A stretch of 64,000 nucleotides of DNA from an uncultured Chromatiaceae bacterium (lineage in GTDB: Bacteria > Pseudomonadota > Gammaproteobacteria > DRLM01): positions 230 to 64,229 of the forward strand of contig CALZJG010000026.1 in assembly GCA_945787555.1 (NCBI GenBank), written 5' to 3'. Each line of letters starts with the position of its first letter. Position 1 is the first letter of the stretch. The position numbers and the translations under genes were made by a program. Below, one piece after another: positions 38,032 to 48,183 of the stretch. The notes under the pieces were generated by a model. It saw only the letters and a list, made by a program, of their open reading frames with translations. It ran no database searches and was not told the origin of the DNA.

Positions 38032-39690
38032 TCAGGTGGTGGAGGCAAGGTTATTCGCGCCACCCCCGCTGCGGGCCGCGCTGTAATACCAGGCGGGAAA
38101 GTTTTCGCCCTTCACCGGGTAGTTGATGTAATAGCCTTGCAGGGCGTCGCAGCCGCGTGACTTGAGTCGTTCAAAGGTCTCGGCGTTTTCTACTCCTTCG
38201 GCGACGACCCTCAGGCCCAAATTGTGGGCCAGGTCGATAGTGGCGTTGACGATCACCGCATCGTTCTCGTTGCTGAGCATGTCGAGCACGAAGCTCTTGT
38301 CGATTTTGAGCTGACAGACCGGCAGTTTCTTCAAGTACGATAAGGAGGAATAGCCGGTGCCGAAGTCATCGATGGCGATGCGTACGCCCATTTCCGCGAA
38401 GCGTGAGAGGATGTGAAGCGCCAACTCCTGATCAAACATGATGCTTGATTCGGTGATTTCCAAGATCAAACGTTCCGTGGGTACGTCGTAAGCGGCGAGC
38501 AGTCCGGTGACTTGATCGGGGAACTCGGGGTCGAGCAGCGTTTGCGCTGAGATATTCACCGCGACCCCCATGTCCAAACCGATCTTGCGCCATTCCATCT
38601 GTTGTTCCAGTGCGTGTTTGAGCACCCAGAGCGTGAGTGGGTAGATCAAGCCGGTGCGTTCGGCCATGGGGATGAATTCATCGGGTGTCATGACGCCGTG
38701 TTGTTTGTGTTCCCAGCGCACCAGCACTTCCAATTCCGGTACTTCATTACTACGGCTGTCGACCATGGGCTGAAAGCGCAGGCTGAGTTCGCCGTTCTTG
38801 ATGGCGTCACGCAGCTCACTCATCAACGTCAAGCGACGCGGGCTGTTGTGATCGAGCTGCGGTGTATAGAGCACGAAACCGCTCTTTTCCTGTTTGGCGG
38901 TATACATGGCGATGTCGGCACGCTGCAGTAACGTGTCCGGATCGGTGCCGTGATCGGGAAACAGTGCGCCGCCGATGCTGGCTTGGACATCAAGATTCAA
39001 TCCATCCAGCATATAAGAGGGCGCCAAGGCTTTGCGAATTTTGGTTACTACGGTGTGGATGTCATCCAACGTGGCGAGGTGGTGCAAGACTACGGCGAAT
39101 TCATCGCCACCGAGACGCGCCAAGGTGTCGGCTTCGCGCACGACATGTTTCAAACGACTAGAGACATGCTTGAGCAGTCTATCTCCTTGGTAATGACCCA
39201 ATGTATCGTTGATCTCCTTGAAGCGATCTAAGTCTAATAGTAAAACCGCTAATTTGCGTTTCTCGCGCTGCGCGCTGTGCAGCGCTTGCTCGAGCCGGTC
39301 GAGCAGCAGGATGCGATTAGGCAGATCGGTGAGGTGGTCGTGGGTGGCATCGTGCATGGCCTGGTATTCCAGCGCCGTGGTGCGGGTGCGCAATGCCTGA
39401 GTTTGATCCATCACCATGCTGCCCGCCTCGTAGGCCATCAAGGTGCTGACATATTGACCCCAGAGGGCGAAGGCGAAGGGGGTGAGGTCCAGCACCCATA
39501 GGGCGACATTGGACGATTGCGCCTTGATGATGTTTTCGGCGCTGATGCTGCCATAGCTTACGAAGGCCGCCAACACGGTGCCTATGATCACCGCCAGTGT
39601 TGCGATGAGTACGCCATAGACGGCGGGCCTGGTGGCTTTAGCGCGCAACAGGCGCACGTTATCGCTCAGTATTTGACCGACCGGCATCAT
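38032..39690 (-). CDS. Membrane-anchored GGDEF-EAL protein (diguanylate cyclase/c-di-GMP phosphodiesterase)
   Basis: Two N-terminal TM helices, GGDEF motif (RLGGDEFAVVL) and EAL domain (EITES...DDFGTGYSSL, QGYY). Confidence 0.85.
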   Translation of the reverse strand: MMPVGQILSDNVRLLRAKATRPAVYGVLIATLAVIIGTVLAAFVSYGSISAENIIKAQSSNVALWVLDLTPFAFALWGQYVSTLMAYEAGSMVMDQTQALRTRTTALEYQAMHDATHDHLTDLPNRILLLDRLEQALHSAQREKRKLAVLLLDLDRFKEINDTLGHYQGDRLLKHVSSRLKHVVREADTLARLGGDEFAVVLHHLATLDDIHTVVTKIRKALAPSYMLDGLNLDVQASIGGALFPDHGTDPDTLLQRADIAMYTAKQEKSGFVLYTPQLDHNSPRRLTLMSELRDAIKNGELSLRFQPMVDSRSNEVPELEVLVRWEHKQHGVMTPDEFIPMAERTGLIYPLTLWVLKHALEQQMEWRKIGLDMGVAVNISAQTLLDPEFPDQVTGLLAAYDVPTERLILEITESSIMFDQELALHILSRFAEMGVRIAIDDFGTGYSSLSYLKKLPVCQLKIDKSFVLDMLSNENDAVIVNATIDLAHNLGLRVVAEGVENAETFERLKSRGCDALQGYYINYPVKGENFPAWYYSAARSGGGANNLASTT

Positions 39691-39832
39691 GACGGGAGCG
39701 CCCCTCCTTGCAAATTGTTATTCGCACCCCGTCCCTGTATGGGTGCGCCTAGGGAAGTATAGCGCTGTGGCGTGTGAGCTGTGAGATTTTTGACGATTTT
39801 TTGCCAAGTTCGTCGCGCTGTCGATTTAATAT

Positions 39833-40669
39833 TCATGTTTTGTCGGATCTTGAGCACGATCCTGGGTGTCGTGGTGAGACAATATCGAAGATCAATCCCG
39901 CCAATGCATAGTCGCGCGTAACAGGGGATATCCAACCGCTCACCGATAGCGGTGGCACAGTACGCATTTCACGCAAGACGGGCATGCAGAGCATGAAGGT
40001 CGCGGCGAGTGTCCAGCGATTGCCCCAGGAGTCGCTGATGCATCCTCCAAAGTTTGAGGTCAGAAACTGCGTCAACACCGAGGCGGTGGTATTGAGCATA
40101 AACAGCAAATGGGAATATTCGAGATCGTAAAGCGTGTAAACCGTAAAGAACGGCGAGCCGATTGCGAATTTCATCATGGCAAAGAACAGCGAGAATCGCG
40201 CGAAGGGCGAATAATGGGCACGGATTAGGGCATGACGCCAGGCTATGGATTGCATTGCACAGGGGCGCGGTGGATCATGCTGCCTCATGGCGCAACGGCG
40301 AAGTTGCCCGTCGCGTGATAGAGCACTACGCAGACAATGAGCAAGAGCACGGCCTGGACGGGAAACAGCCGCGGCAAAACCGCGAGGGGCCGCCAGGCCA
40401 AGGTTTGCAGAGATATGCCGGCAATGATGTGACTTGTACAGTCCGGTGCGATTTCCCAGCTAGGCGGACATCAAGTACGCAAAGGAGCCGAGCAATGGTG
40501 TTAACGAGGCCGATACTGCTACTTGCGCGGGACTGGCCTTGAGCAACGCCGCGTAGACTGAACAATACGTTTCGCCGCCACCGGTCATCAGCGCATAGGC
40601 GGCCGCGTCGCGCACCGAGTGACACGGCGAGCGATCGACGTTGGGACCTGCGGAATTTGGGCGTTGCAT
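39833..40669 (-). pseudogene. Decayed MFS-type transporter gene (frameshifted/truncated fragments)
   Basis: Three minus-strand ORF fragments in different frames with membrane-transporter-like hydrophobic segments (FSLFFAMMKFAIGSPFFTVYTLY..., ...YALMTGGGETYCSVYAALL). No intact ORF across about 1.2 kb. Local GC is lower than the flanks. Confidence 0.35.
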
Positions 40670-40888
40670 GGCGACGATTTTACGGCTGCAATGAGTACGT
40701 GCACACCGTACGGCGGCGCGATGATACGCCTATGTGCATAGGAAATCACGCTGATCTTCGCGTAGCAGGGAGTATTTGCATGCACGGGCTGATCTGTCGC
40801 GAATGGCCGTGAGACTGTGGAATTGAAGGTGTGATTTGATGCGTGGGGCCGCGCCAGTTGAATGCAGCTTAGTCTTGCGCGGTTCAGG

Positions 40889-42190
40889 TCAAGGCGCGGA
40901 GGCGATGACTTCCAGTTTGCCGACGAAACGGACTAGCGCGAAGCGACGCCCCAGGGTTTTGCTGCGAAAGTCGCGCATCATGATGCCCTCGCTGTAGCGT
41001 ATGCGCGCGCCCACCGCCACGGCGCTGGCTGCGGCCAGCCATTCGCGTCCATCGCCACTGGCTACTTCGAGATAGGTGTAGGTGCCGGCAGGCAGGGCGC
41101 TGAGTACCGTGCCTTCGTGGGGCAATTGCACGGCGGCGGCGGGCGCGGCCGGCGCCGCCGTGATGCCGCTGGGGCCGGCCGGCATCGCGAACTCACCTTG
41201 GTCGGTGATACGGGTGTAGTACACGCTATCGTAGTATCCGTCCTCATTGGTTCCGCCCAAGACATAGAGGTAATCGCCGTGCATCACGGCGCCGAAGTTG
41301 GCCAAGGGCAGGGGCAGTGCGGTGACGGCTCGCCATTGCGTCGCATCGGCGTGCAAATCGAGCGCGTAAACGGCTTTTGCATAATGCGCGCCGCTCAGTC
41401 CGCCCAGAGAGAAGAGTTGGCCGTCGTGCGTCACGGCCGCCAAGCCGTACCGGCCGTCAGGCAGCTCGGGGCCGCGTTGCCAGGTAGATAAGCCACCGGC
41501 GCCGTCGTCACGCGCCCACTCCACCGCGTTGATGCCCGCGCCGCCGCTTTGTTGATGCCCGCCGAGGACGAATACCGTGTCTTGCGTGCGCGTAATGGCG
41601 CTGATGTAGCGCGGCAGGGTCAGGGTTGCAGGTACTAGCTCCCATTCGCCCAGCCGGCCGTCGTCGAGGATGGGCGCGCGTTCCACACTGTCCAGGAGCG
41701 CGCCGCCAAAACCGCCCAGCGCATAGAGATATTCGCCCACCACCACCACTTCGGCGCAGCGACGCGGCAGCTGCAATGGATGGGTCTCGGTTTTCCAGGC
41801 GCCCAGCCGGCCGTCATCGAGGATGGGCGCGCGCTCGACGCTGCGCAGCAGGTTGTGACCATTGGGGCCGTTGCCGCCGCCGACGGCGTAGACATGGTCG
41901 CGATGCGCCGCTACGCCAAAGAAACCGCGTGCTTCGTTGAGCCGGGGGCCGAGGGCCCAGGTCGACAAGCCGCCATCGGCAGACACTGAGGTGTGCTCGC
42001 TATCGAAAAGAAACCGCGTGCCGTCCACACCGCCGATGATGTGTAGCGTCGCGCCGATGACGAGCACGGCGGCGCCGGCGCGCGGGCTGTGCAGCGAGGT
42101 GGCGCTCTGCCAGGCGCTGGCATGGACAAGGCTGGTTGCCATCTGCAATAGGCACGCCGCTAGCCATAGGGCGAATGCGTGGCGCCTCAT
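40889..42190 (-). CDS. Secreted Kelch-repeat beta-propeller protein with C-terminal beta-rich domain
   Basis: Signal peptide MRRHAFALWLAACLL. Repeated GG / Y..GG blades, including a duplicated SVERAPILDDGRLG segment. About 100-aa C-terminal extension of unknown fold. Confidence 0.7.
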   Translation of the reverse strand: MRRHAFALWLAACLLQMATSLVHASAWQSATSLHSPRAGAAVLVIGATLHIIGGVDGTRFLFDSEHTSVSADGGLSTWALGPRLNEARGFFGVAAHRDHVYAVGGGNGPNGHNLLRSVERAPILDDGRLGAWKTETHPLQLPRRCAEVVVVGEYLYALGGFGGALLDSVERAPILDDGRLGEWELVPATLTLPRYISAITRTQDTVFVLGGHQQSGGAGINAVEWARDDGAGGLSTWQRGPELPDGRYGLAAVTHDGQLFSLGGLSGAHYAKAVYALDLHADATQWRAVTALPLPLANFGAVMHGDYLYVLGGTNEDGYYDSVYYTRITDQGEFAMPAGPSGITAAPAAPAAAVQLPHEGTVLSALPAGTYTYLEVASGDGREWLAAASAVAVGARIRYSEGIMMRDFRSKTLGRRFALVRFVGKLEVIASAP

Positions 42191-42330
42191 CGACGGAGGA
42201 CGTGCCAGCCCCGCGCGGCCTGCCTGCTCGCTAATTCTCCCAGGGAGCAAGCAGGGGGTAGATGTGCGGACGATGAGGCCGCGCTGATTGTTGGGCAACG
42301 CGTTGCCCAAGCTTGCTAAGGCAGCGCATG

Positions 42331-44436
42331 TCACAGCGTCACTTCCGTGGCCTGCAGAACGACTGCGAATTCGTCGTGATCGGTGATGGGCGCCGAGCAC
42401 GTGCCGGCGTTGCAGACATAAGCGGTTGCGCTGGCGAGTGGTGGACGTTCCGCCAGCGCAGCGGGTAAATCGTTGGCATCATTGGGGATGGCGCAACTCC
42501 AGCGGCGCGGTGCGTAATGCGCCGCGCAACGCGCTTGCCAGGGGGCGAGTTCGCTGGATTCACCGCGCATGATGATCACCTGCGGCGGATAGAGAATTTC
42601 CTCCAAAGCCACCAGCAAGGCGTCATGAGCATAGGGGAGTTCGGTGATGGAATGCCAAGCGGTGCGCACGGTGCGCTCGGCGGCATCGAGATAGCGGGTC
42701 TCGCCGAGGATGTGACCCAGCCGTCCCAGCACCGTGGCGGCCACCCCGTTGCCGGCGGGCAGTGACTCGTCGGCCAAAGGCTTGGGGCGGTGGATCAAGC
42801 GCTCGTGATCATCGGCGGTAAAGAAGAAACCGCCCTGCTCGCGGTCTTCGAAATGCGCCAGTACCGCATCGGCCAGAGCGATGGCGAAAAGCATGTCCTC
42901 GCTGCGCCAGCGTGCTTGCAGCAGCTCTAGGATGGCGTCGATGAGAAATACATAGTCGTCGAGATAAGCCGCGTAATGCGTCCGCCCGTCCTTGTAAACG
43001 GCTTGCAGACGGCCGTTATGCCACAGCCGGTCACGCACGAAATCCAGCGCCCGCGTTGCGGACATCAGGTAGGTTGCATCGTCCAAGTAGCGGCCGGCGA
43101 CGGCCATGCCTTTGATCATGAGGCCGTTCCAGGCCGGCAGGATTTTTTCGTCACGTCCCGGTGCCGGGCGTTGCAGGCGGGCGGCGTACAGTTTGGCGCG
43201 GGCGCCGTCGATGCGCGGTAATAGCTCGGCGATGTCGCGCGAAAAATCCTGCGACAAGCCGCGCAAACCACGGAACACATGCAAATGCCAGCGATGTTGG
43301 CTGGCGCCGACCTCCGGCTCAAAGTTGGGCGTGCTATCCAGGCCGTAACGACGGGCGAGCAGTGCGTATTCTTCGTCATCGAGCACGGCGCGTGCTTGAT
43401 CCGGTGTCCAAGCGTAATACTTGCCCTCCTCGCCTTCGGAGTCGGCATCCAGTGCGGTGTAATACCCGCCCTCGGGCGCTTGCAGATCGCGTTGTACCCA
43501 GGCGGCGGTCTCCTCGACGATGCGGCGGTAGAGGCCATCATCGGTCAAGCGCCATGCCTGAGCGTAGATGGCCAGTAACGGTCCGTTGTCATAAAGCATT
43601 TTTTCAAAATGCGGGATCATCCATTGCTCGTCGACCGCGTAGCGGAAAAAGCCGCCGCCAAGCTGGTCGTTGATGCCGCCGTCGCCCATTTTGGTGAGGG
43701 TTAGGCGCGCCATGTCCAAGGCAGCGTGGTCGGGCTGTCCGGCAAGTGCGGTGCCGGCGTAATGGCGTAGCAGGCGCTCCAAGTGAGTGGGATGGGGGAA
43801 CTTGGGTGCACCGCCGAAGCCACCGTGCGCGGCGTCGAACTGTTGCGCGAGTTGGCTGCGTGCCCCATCCAGGGGGGCGGCATCCAAAGTCGCGTTTTCG
43901 TTGGGACGGGTTTCATCGAGACGCTGAAACACCGCCAGCAGGCGATCGTTTTGCTGGTCGATGTCGTCGCGATGACGTTCGTAATAGGCCGCGACTTGCT
44001 TGAGTGCGGCGACGAAGGCCGGCAAACCATGGCGGGGGGTTTTGGGGAAATAGGTGCCGCCGAAATACGGAATGTGACTGTCGGGGGCGAGGAACATCGT
44101 CAGCGGCCAGCCGCCGCCGCGTTGCAGTAGTACGTGATGAGCGAGCTGGTAAATCTTATCCAGATCAGGACGTTCTTCGCGATCCACCTTGATGTTGATG
44201 AATAATTCGTTCATTACCGCCGCCGCGTCCTCATCCTCAAAGGACTCGTGGGCCATGACATGGCACCAGTGACATGCGGAATAGCCGATGGACAGCAGAA
44301 TAGGCTTGTCTTCCTCGCGCGCGCGCGTCAGCGCCTCAGGTCCCCACGGGTACCAGTCCACGGGATTGTGGGCGTGTTGGAGCAGGTAGGGGCTGGTTTC
44401 CTGCGCGAGGCGATTGCAGTGCTGCGAGAGGTCCAT
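42331..44436 (-). CDS. Thioredoxin-domain protein YyaL/DUF255 (thioredoxin fused to six-hairpin glycosidase-like domain)
   Basis: [38 protein letters not shown] is the DUF255 thioredoxin-like signature. 701 aa. Confidence 0.8.
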   Translation of the reverse strand: MDLSQHCNRLAQETSPYLLQHAHNPVDWYPWGPEALTRAREEDKPILLSIGYSACHWCHVMAHESFEDEDAAAVMNELFINIKVDREERPDLDKIYQLAHHVLLQRGGGWPLTMFLAPDSHIPYFGGTYFPKTPRHGLPAFVAALKQVAAYYERHRDDIDQQNDRLLAVFQRLDETRPNENATLDAAPLDGARSQLAQQFDAAHGGFGGAPKFPHPTHLERLLRHYAGTALAGQPDHAALDMARLTLTKMGDGGINDQLGGGFFRYAVDEQWMIPHFEKMLYDNGPLLAIYAQAWRLTDDGLYRRIVEETAAWVQRDLQAPEGGYYTALDADSEGEEGKYYAWTPDQARAVLDDEEYALLARRYGLDSTPNFEPEVGASQHRWHLHVFRGLRGLSQDFSRDIAELLPRIDGARAKLYAARLQRPAPGRDEKILPAWNGLMIKGMAVAGRYLDDATYLMSATRALDFVRDRLWHNGRLQAVYKDGRTHYAAYLDDYVFLIDAILELLQARWRSEDMLFAIALADAVLAHFEDREQGGFFFTADDHERLIHRPKPLADESLPAGNGVAATVLGRLGHILGETRYLDAAERTVRTAWHSITELPYAHDALLVALEEILYPPQVIIMRGESSELAPWQARCAAHYAPRRWSCAIPNDANDLPAALAERPPLASATAYVCNAGTCSAPITDHDEFAVVLQATEVTL

Positions 44437-44537
44437 GGGGTACCGACGGCGGCGGGGTATCAGGGTGTACTGGCCAGTATAGATCAGCACACCCGGCGCT
44501 GTCTGCCGCGCGTCTTGTAAGTATGATGGCGCGCTGT

Positions 44538-45494
44538 TTACAGAGAGGGCAGAAAGTCGATGGGCCAGACGAAGACCACCTGATCGACGTCTTTGGCGCC
44601 GAAATCGAATAGCCGGATGCGTGCCACCAGTTTGCGCAGCAAACCTTCGTCAGCCAGCTCGGAAGAGAGTACCTTGCATTCGCTCACCGAGCCGCTGGGC
44701 GTGATGGTGATTTCCAAGGTTACTTTGCCTTGCAGGGTGGGGTTTTTGCGTACGGCGCGCTGGTAGAGGGCGTTGAGCGCGCCACGGTTGCGGTCCAGCA
44801 CCAGTTGAATTTGCTCATGACTGCGACCGGTCTTGCGTTCGACGCGTTTTTTCTGCTCCTGTTGGGTAAGTACGGCGCTTTCCACCACTGTAGTGTCGCG
44901 GCTGGCCATGACCGTGCGTTCGCCGGTATCGCGCGCCAGGTCGGAGGTATTGATGCCGCCGCTCCCCTGTGTGGCGGTGGAGGTGATGATGGAGCGTCTG
45001 GAGCTTTCCGCGCCGCCCTGGGTGAGCGGGGTGCCGCCCAGCAAGTCGCCGAGGTTATTTTGCCGCAGCGCGGCCAATTCATCCCGCATGGCCAGTAGGC
45101 CGGTCTTGGCCGCTTTGTCGCGCGCGGCTTGTACATCGGGCTTGAGCTCGACCTTGGGTGCCGGCTTGGGCTCGGGTTTGGGTTCCGGTTTAGGCTCCTC
45201 GGGCTGGGGTTCCGGCTCAGGCTCAGGTTCGGGCTCAGGTTCGGGTTTCTTTTCCTCTGCCGGCAGAGGCGGCGGGGGTTTGGGTTTTTCCTTTTCCAGC
45301 ACCAATTTGGCGAGGCGCGGTGGCACGCGTTCGGCCTCGCTGCGGTCGATCTCGGGGACTTTGAGCCACGGCAGCACGCCGCCGACGATAATGAAAACTA
45401 GCAACGCGACCAGCGTAATGCGACGAAAACGCCGCTCTTCGGCCAGGGTAGGGCTCCAGGGTAACTCCGATGAGTGATAGTAACGGCCTACCAC
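44538..45494 (-). CDS. tonB: TonB-family energy transducer
   Basis: N-terminal TM anchor, Pro/Glu/Lys-rich spacer ([27 protein letters not shown]) and C-terminal TonB domain. Confidence 0.75.
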   Translation of the reverse strand: MVGRYYHSSELPWSPTLAEERRFRRITLVALLVFIIVGGVLPWLKVPEIDRSEAERVPPRLAKLVLEKEKPKPPPPLPAEEKKPEPEPEPEPEPEPQPEEPKPEPKPEPKPAPKVELKPDVQAARDKAAKTGLLAMRDELAALRQNNLGDLLGGTPLTQGGAESSRRSIITSTATQGSGGINTSDLARDTGERTVMASRDTTVVESAVLTQQEQKKRVERKTGRSHEQIQLVLDRNRGALNALYQRAVRKNPTLQGKVTLEITITPSGSVSECKVLSSELADEGLLRKLVARIRLFDFGAKDVDQVVFVWPIDFLPSL

Positions 45495-45497
45495 ACC

Positions 45498-46001
45498 TCA
45501 GCCCTCCGTCTGATGCTTTTTCATGACCGCCAAGGACAGATTGGTGTAGTTCGCCTTGGTGGAGGTGATCATGATTTTCTTCAGCAGCAGATAGGGAATC
45601 TGCCGGTCGCCCATAATGGTCAGTTCGCCGGGAGGCGCGTCGGGCCCGCCCGTGAGGCGCCCGGCTTTCTCGGCTTGATAAGTCAGTTCCGCCAGTAATT
45701 CGGGAATGATGTCGGCTTCGTGCCCGACCGCGTCCGGCACCGAGATGACTTTGCGGCCCGCCACGAGAATGTCCTGATTGTTGACCAGCACTACCAAGGT
45801 TTCCTTGGGCGTTTTCTCTGCCGTGGATTCGGGCAGCTTGAGCGCCTTGGTGCTGGGGACTTGCTGCACGCTGGAGGAGTTGACCAGTAGAAAGAACACC
45901 AGGATGGTGAAGATGTCCATCAGTGAAACCAGGTTGATGGAGGCCATGCGCTTACGCTTGTGATGGCGCTGCATGCGCTTGGCGCGACGCGACATCTTCA
46001 T
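45498..46001 (-). CDS. exbD: ExbD/TolR-family protein (copy 2)
   Basis: Single N-terminal TM plus periplasmic ExbD fold (INLVSLMDIFTILVFFLL). Start overlaps the upstream exbD stop by 4 nt. Confidence 0.8.
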   Translation of the reverse strand: MKMSRRAKRMQRHHKRKRMASINLVSLMDIFTILVFFLLVNSSSVQQVPSTKALKLPESTAEKTPKETLVVLVNNQDILVAGRKVISVPDAVGHEADIIPELLAELTYQAEKAGRLTGGPDAPPGELTIMGDRQIPYLLLKKIMITSTKANYTNLSLAVMKKHQTEG

Positions 46002-46501
46002 GGCGGGCTCCCCGCCGCGGAGGGTGCATCGCCGATCGATAATTCCGGGAACAGTTCGGCCTGGACCATGTTGCCCGCTTGCACAACATTCACGGTGCGG
46101 GTGGCATCCATCACCGCGATGAGAATTTCATAAGGCGTGTCCTGCTCGGCCATGATGGTGGCGTCGAGTTTGTCGGGAAAACGCGTCTTGACTTGGGTGA
46201 GGGTCTCGGACAATGCCTTGTAGTCGTAACGATCACCGTCGTTGTTTACGCGTCGAATCAATCCGCCGCGTCGGTCCGCCACCTCCAGCGCATCTTTGCG
46301 GATGATGATTTCCAGCTGCAATTCTTCATCGGGGTTCTCGCTGTTTTCCACTGCCGGAGGAATATTGAGTTCGAGAACGCCGATGTGCGAGAACACCGCG
46401 GTGATGAGCAGGAATGGCACCAGTATCACCATCAAATTCATGAAGGCGGTAATGTCCAGCTCTGGCGGCGCGGGGCGGCGATGATGGAAGCGACCTCTCA
46501 T
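45998..46501 (-). CDS. exbD: ExbD/TolR-family protein (copy 1)
   Basis: ITAFMNLMVILVPFLLI TM helix. 167 aa. Confidence 0.8.
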   Translation of the reverse strand: MRGRFHHRRPAPPELDITAFMNLMVILVPFLLITAVFSHIGVLELNIPPAVENSENPDEELQLEIIIRKDALEVADRRGGLIRRVNNDGDRYDYKALSETLTQVKTRFPDKLDATIMAEQDTPYEILIAVMDATRTVNVVQAGNMVQAELFPELSIGDAPSAAGSPP

Positions 46502-46508
46502 CCTTAGA

Positions 46509-47153
46509 TTACCCGTTGTTCTTCTGTTCTTCTCCGATCATATTCAGAAACTTTACTGCCGCCATTTCCAGGCTATCCACCAATTCGGTGGTCTTGGTTT
46601 GCAGATAGGAGTAGAGCAAGAGTAACGGTATGGCGACCATCAGTCCCAATGCGGTGGTGTTCATGGCCACGGAAATACTTTGCGATAATAGCTCGGCTTT
46701 TTGAGCCGGATCAGCGGCGGCCACCGCGGTGAAGGCTTGGATCAGGCCGATGATGGTGCCCAGCAAGCCCAGCAGCGTGGCGATATTGGCGAAGGTGGCC
46801 AGGTAATGGGTGCGCTTTTCCAGGCGCGGCACCATTTCCATTAGGCCTTCTTCCATGGCCACTTCGATGTCATCGCGGCGTTTCATGGATTTCAGGCGGG
46901 ATAAGCCATAGGCGAGAATCTTGCCCACGGCGGCTCTTGAGTCGGCGGCCGTGGTCATCGCATCCTGATACTTGCCCGCTTGGATGAGCGGCATCAGCGT
47001 ATCCCACACTTTGACATTGGCGCTCTTGGTGCTGGATAGATACAGAAAGCGCTCCATGGCGATGGCCAGTCCCAGAGCCAATACGATCATGATGGGGTAG
47101 ATGAAAACCCCGCCTTCCTGAAGAAACCGCACGATGGTGTGATAGGTTTCCAT
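46509..47153 (-). CDS. exbB: MotA/TolQ/ExbB proton-channel protein
   Basis: 3-TM topology. Conserved TolQ/ExbB C-terminal helices (ATLLGLLGTIIGLIQAF, MNTTALGLMVAIP). Confidence 0.8.
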   Translation of the reverse strand: METYHTIVRFLQEGGVFIYPIMIVLALGLAIAMERFLYLSSTKSANVKVWDTLMPLIQAGKYQDAMTTAADSRAAVGKILAYGLSRLKSMKRRDDIEVAMEEGLMEMVPRLEKRTHYLATFANIATLLGLLGTIIGLIQAFTAVAAADPAQKAELLSQSISVAMNTTALGLMVAIPLLLLYSYLQTKTTELVDSLEMAAVKFLNMIGEEQKNNG

Positions 47154-47275
47154 CCTTCTCTCCTCGTTGACGTGCTAACGGTTGATGGTTGGTCGCGCCC
47201 GCCGTAGTGACGCCGGGCGCGGCGTGTGGATTGTCCTTGGTAACGGCTTCATCGACTGTTTTCTTGACTGTCAGC

Positions 47276-47548
47276 TCAGCGACTGTCACTTTCGGTGACG
47301 AGGCCTCGTAGCTCCAATTCGCGCTTCATTACGTCACGGTCGATGGGCGTCAAGGGGGGCTGCGCGCGTGGTGTGAGCACCCACTCGGGTAATTCCGCCG
47401 GCACATCACGCCACGGCACGATAAAGGTGACGCGCGGTTGCTCCGCATTGCCGACGATGGTGGTGACGTCCAATTGCACTTTGTCGTCCTCACTGTACGC
47501 CGCGGCGGCGACGAGCATGAATGTGAAACCCGCGAGAGTGTACTTCAT
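47276..47548 (-). CDS. Small secreted protein of the TonB-cluster (unknown function)
   Basis: 90 aa with signal peptide. 4-nt overlap with the upstream TPR lipoprotein gene. Confidence 0.45.
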   Translation of the reverse strand: MKYTLAGFTFMLVAAAAYSEDDKVQLDVTTIVGNAEQPRVTFIVPWRDVPAELPEWVLTPRAQPPLTPIDRDVMKRELELRGLVTESDSR

Positions 47549-48183
47549 TGTGCGGCCTCCTGTTGCAATAAACGATGTTTCACGTCGGCCAACCAGCCGG
47601 CCAGGCGGCCGTCGTCGTGGGTGGTGTACTGCTGGTAGCGCTCATAGTGCTGTAGCGCATTCTTTAAGTCGCCGAGATACAAGTCATACAGTATCGCCAA
47701 GTTGAGATGTGCGTAGGCGTGATCGGGCTTGGCATGGATGGATTGCTCATAAGCCTGTCGCGCTTCCTTGAAGCGGCCGTGATGGCGATGCACGATGCCC
47801 AGGTAATTGAGCGCGGCATAGTCCTGTTGGTTAAGCGCCACGGCCTGACGCAAGTAATTTTCCGCTTCATCAAGCTTGCCTTGACGGTAATAGATCATGC
47901 CCAGATTAGTACGGGGGCTGGCCAGCGACGGGTGCGCAGTACACAATTCCAAGAATAACTGTTCCGCGCGCTGGTCATCGCCGGCGTGCAAGGCGGCAAT
48001 GGCTAGTGCGAAATCGCGCTTGAGTATGGGGTCGATAGTCTCTAGCGCCGGGGTTTCGGCGGCGGGCGGCGGTTCCACCGGCGCGACCTGCGCGGGTTCG
48101 ATAGGCGGCTTGGGCGCGGGGGCGCCGCAGCCGCTCAGGGCGACGATCAAACTTAGGGTAAGCGTGCGGTCAATAAATCGCAT
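47545..48183 (-). CDS. TPR-repeat lipoprotein
   Basis: Lipobox LSGC, Pro-rich linker, then about 4 TPR units. 212 aa. Confidence 0.7.
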   Translation of the reverse strand: MRFIDRTLTLSLIVALSGCGAPAPKPPIEPAQVAPVEPPPAAETPALETIDPILKRDFALAIAALHAGDDQRAEQLFLELCTAHPSLASPRTNLGMIYYRQGKLDEAENYLRQAVALNQQDYAALNYLGIVHRHHGRFKEARQAYEQSIHAKPDHAYAHLNLAILYDLYLGDLKNALQHYERYQQYTTHDDGRLAGWLADVKHRLLQQEAAQ

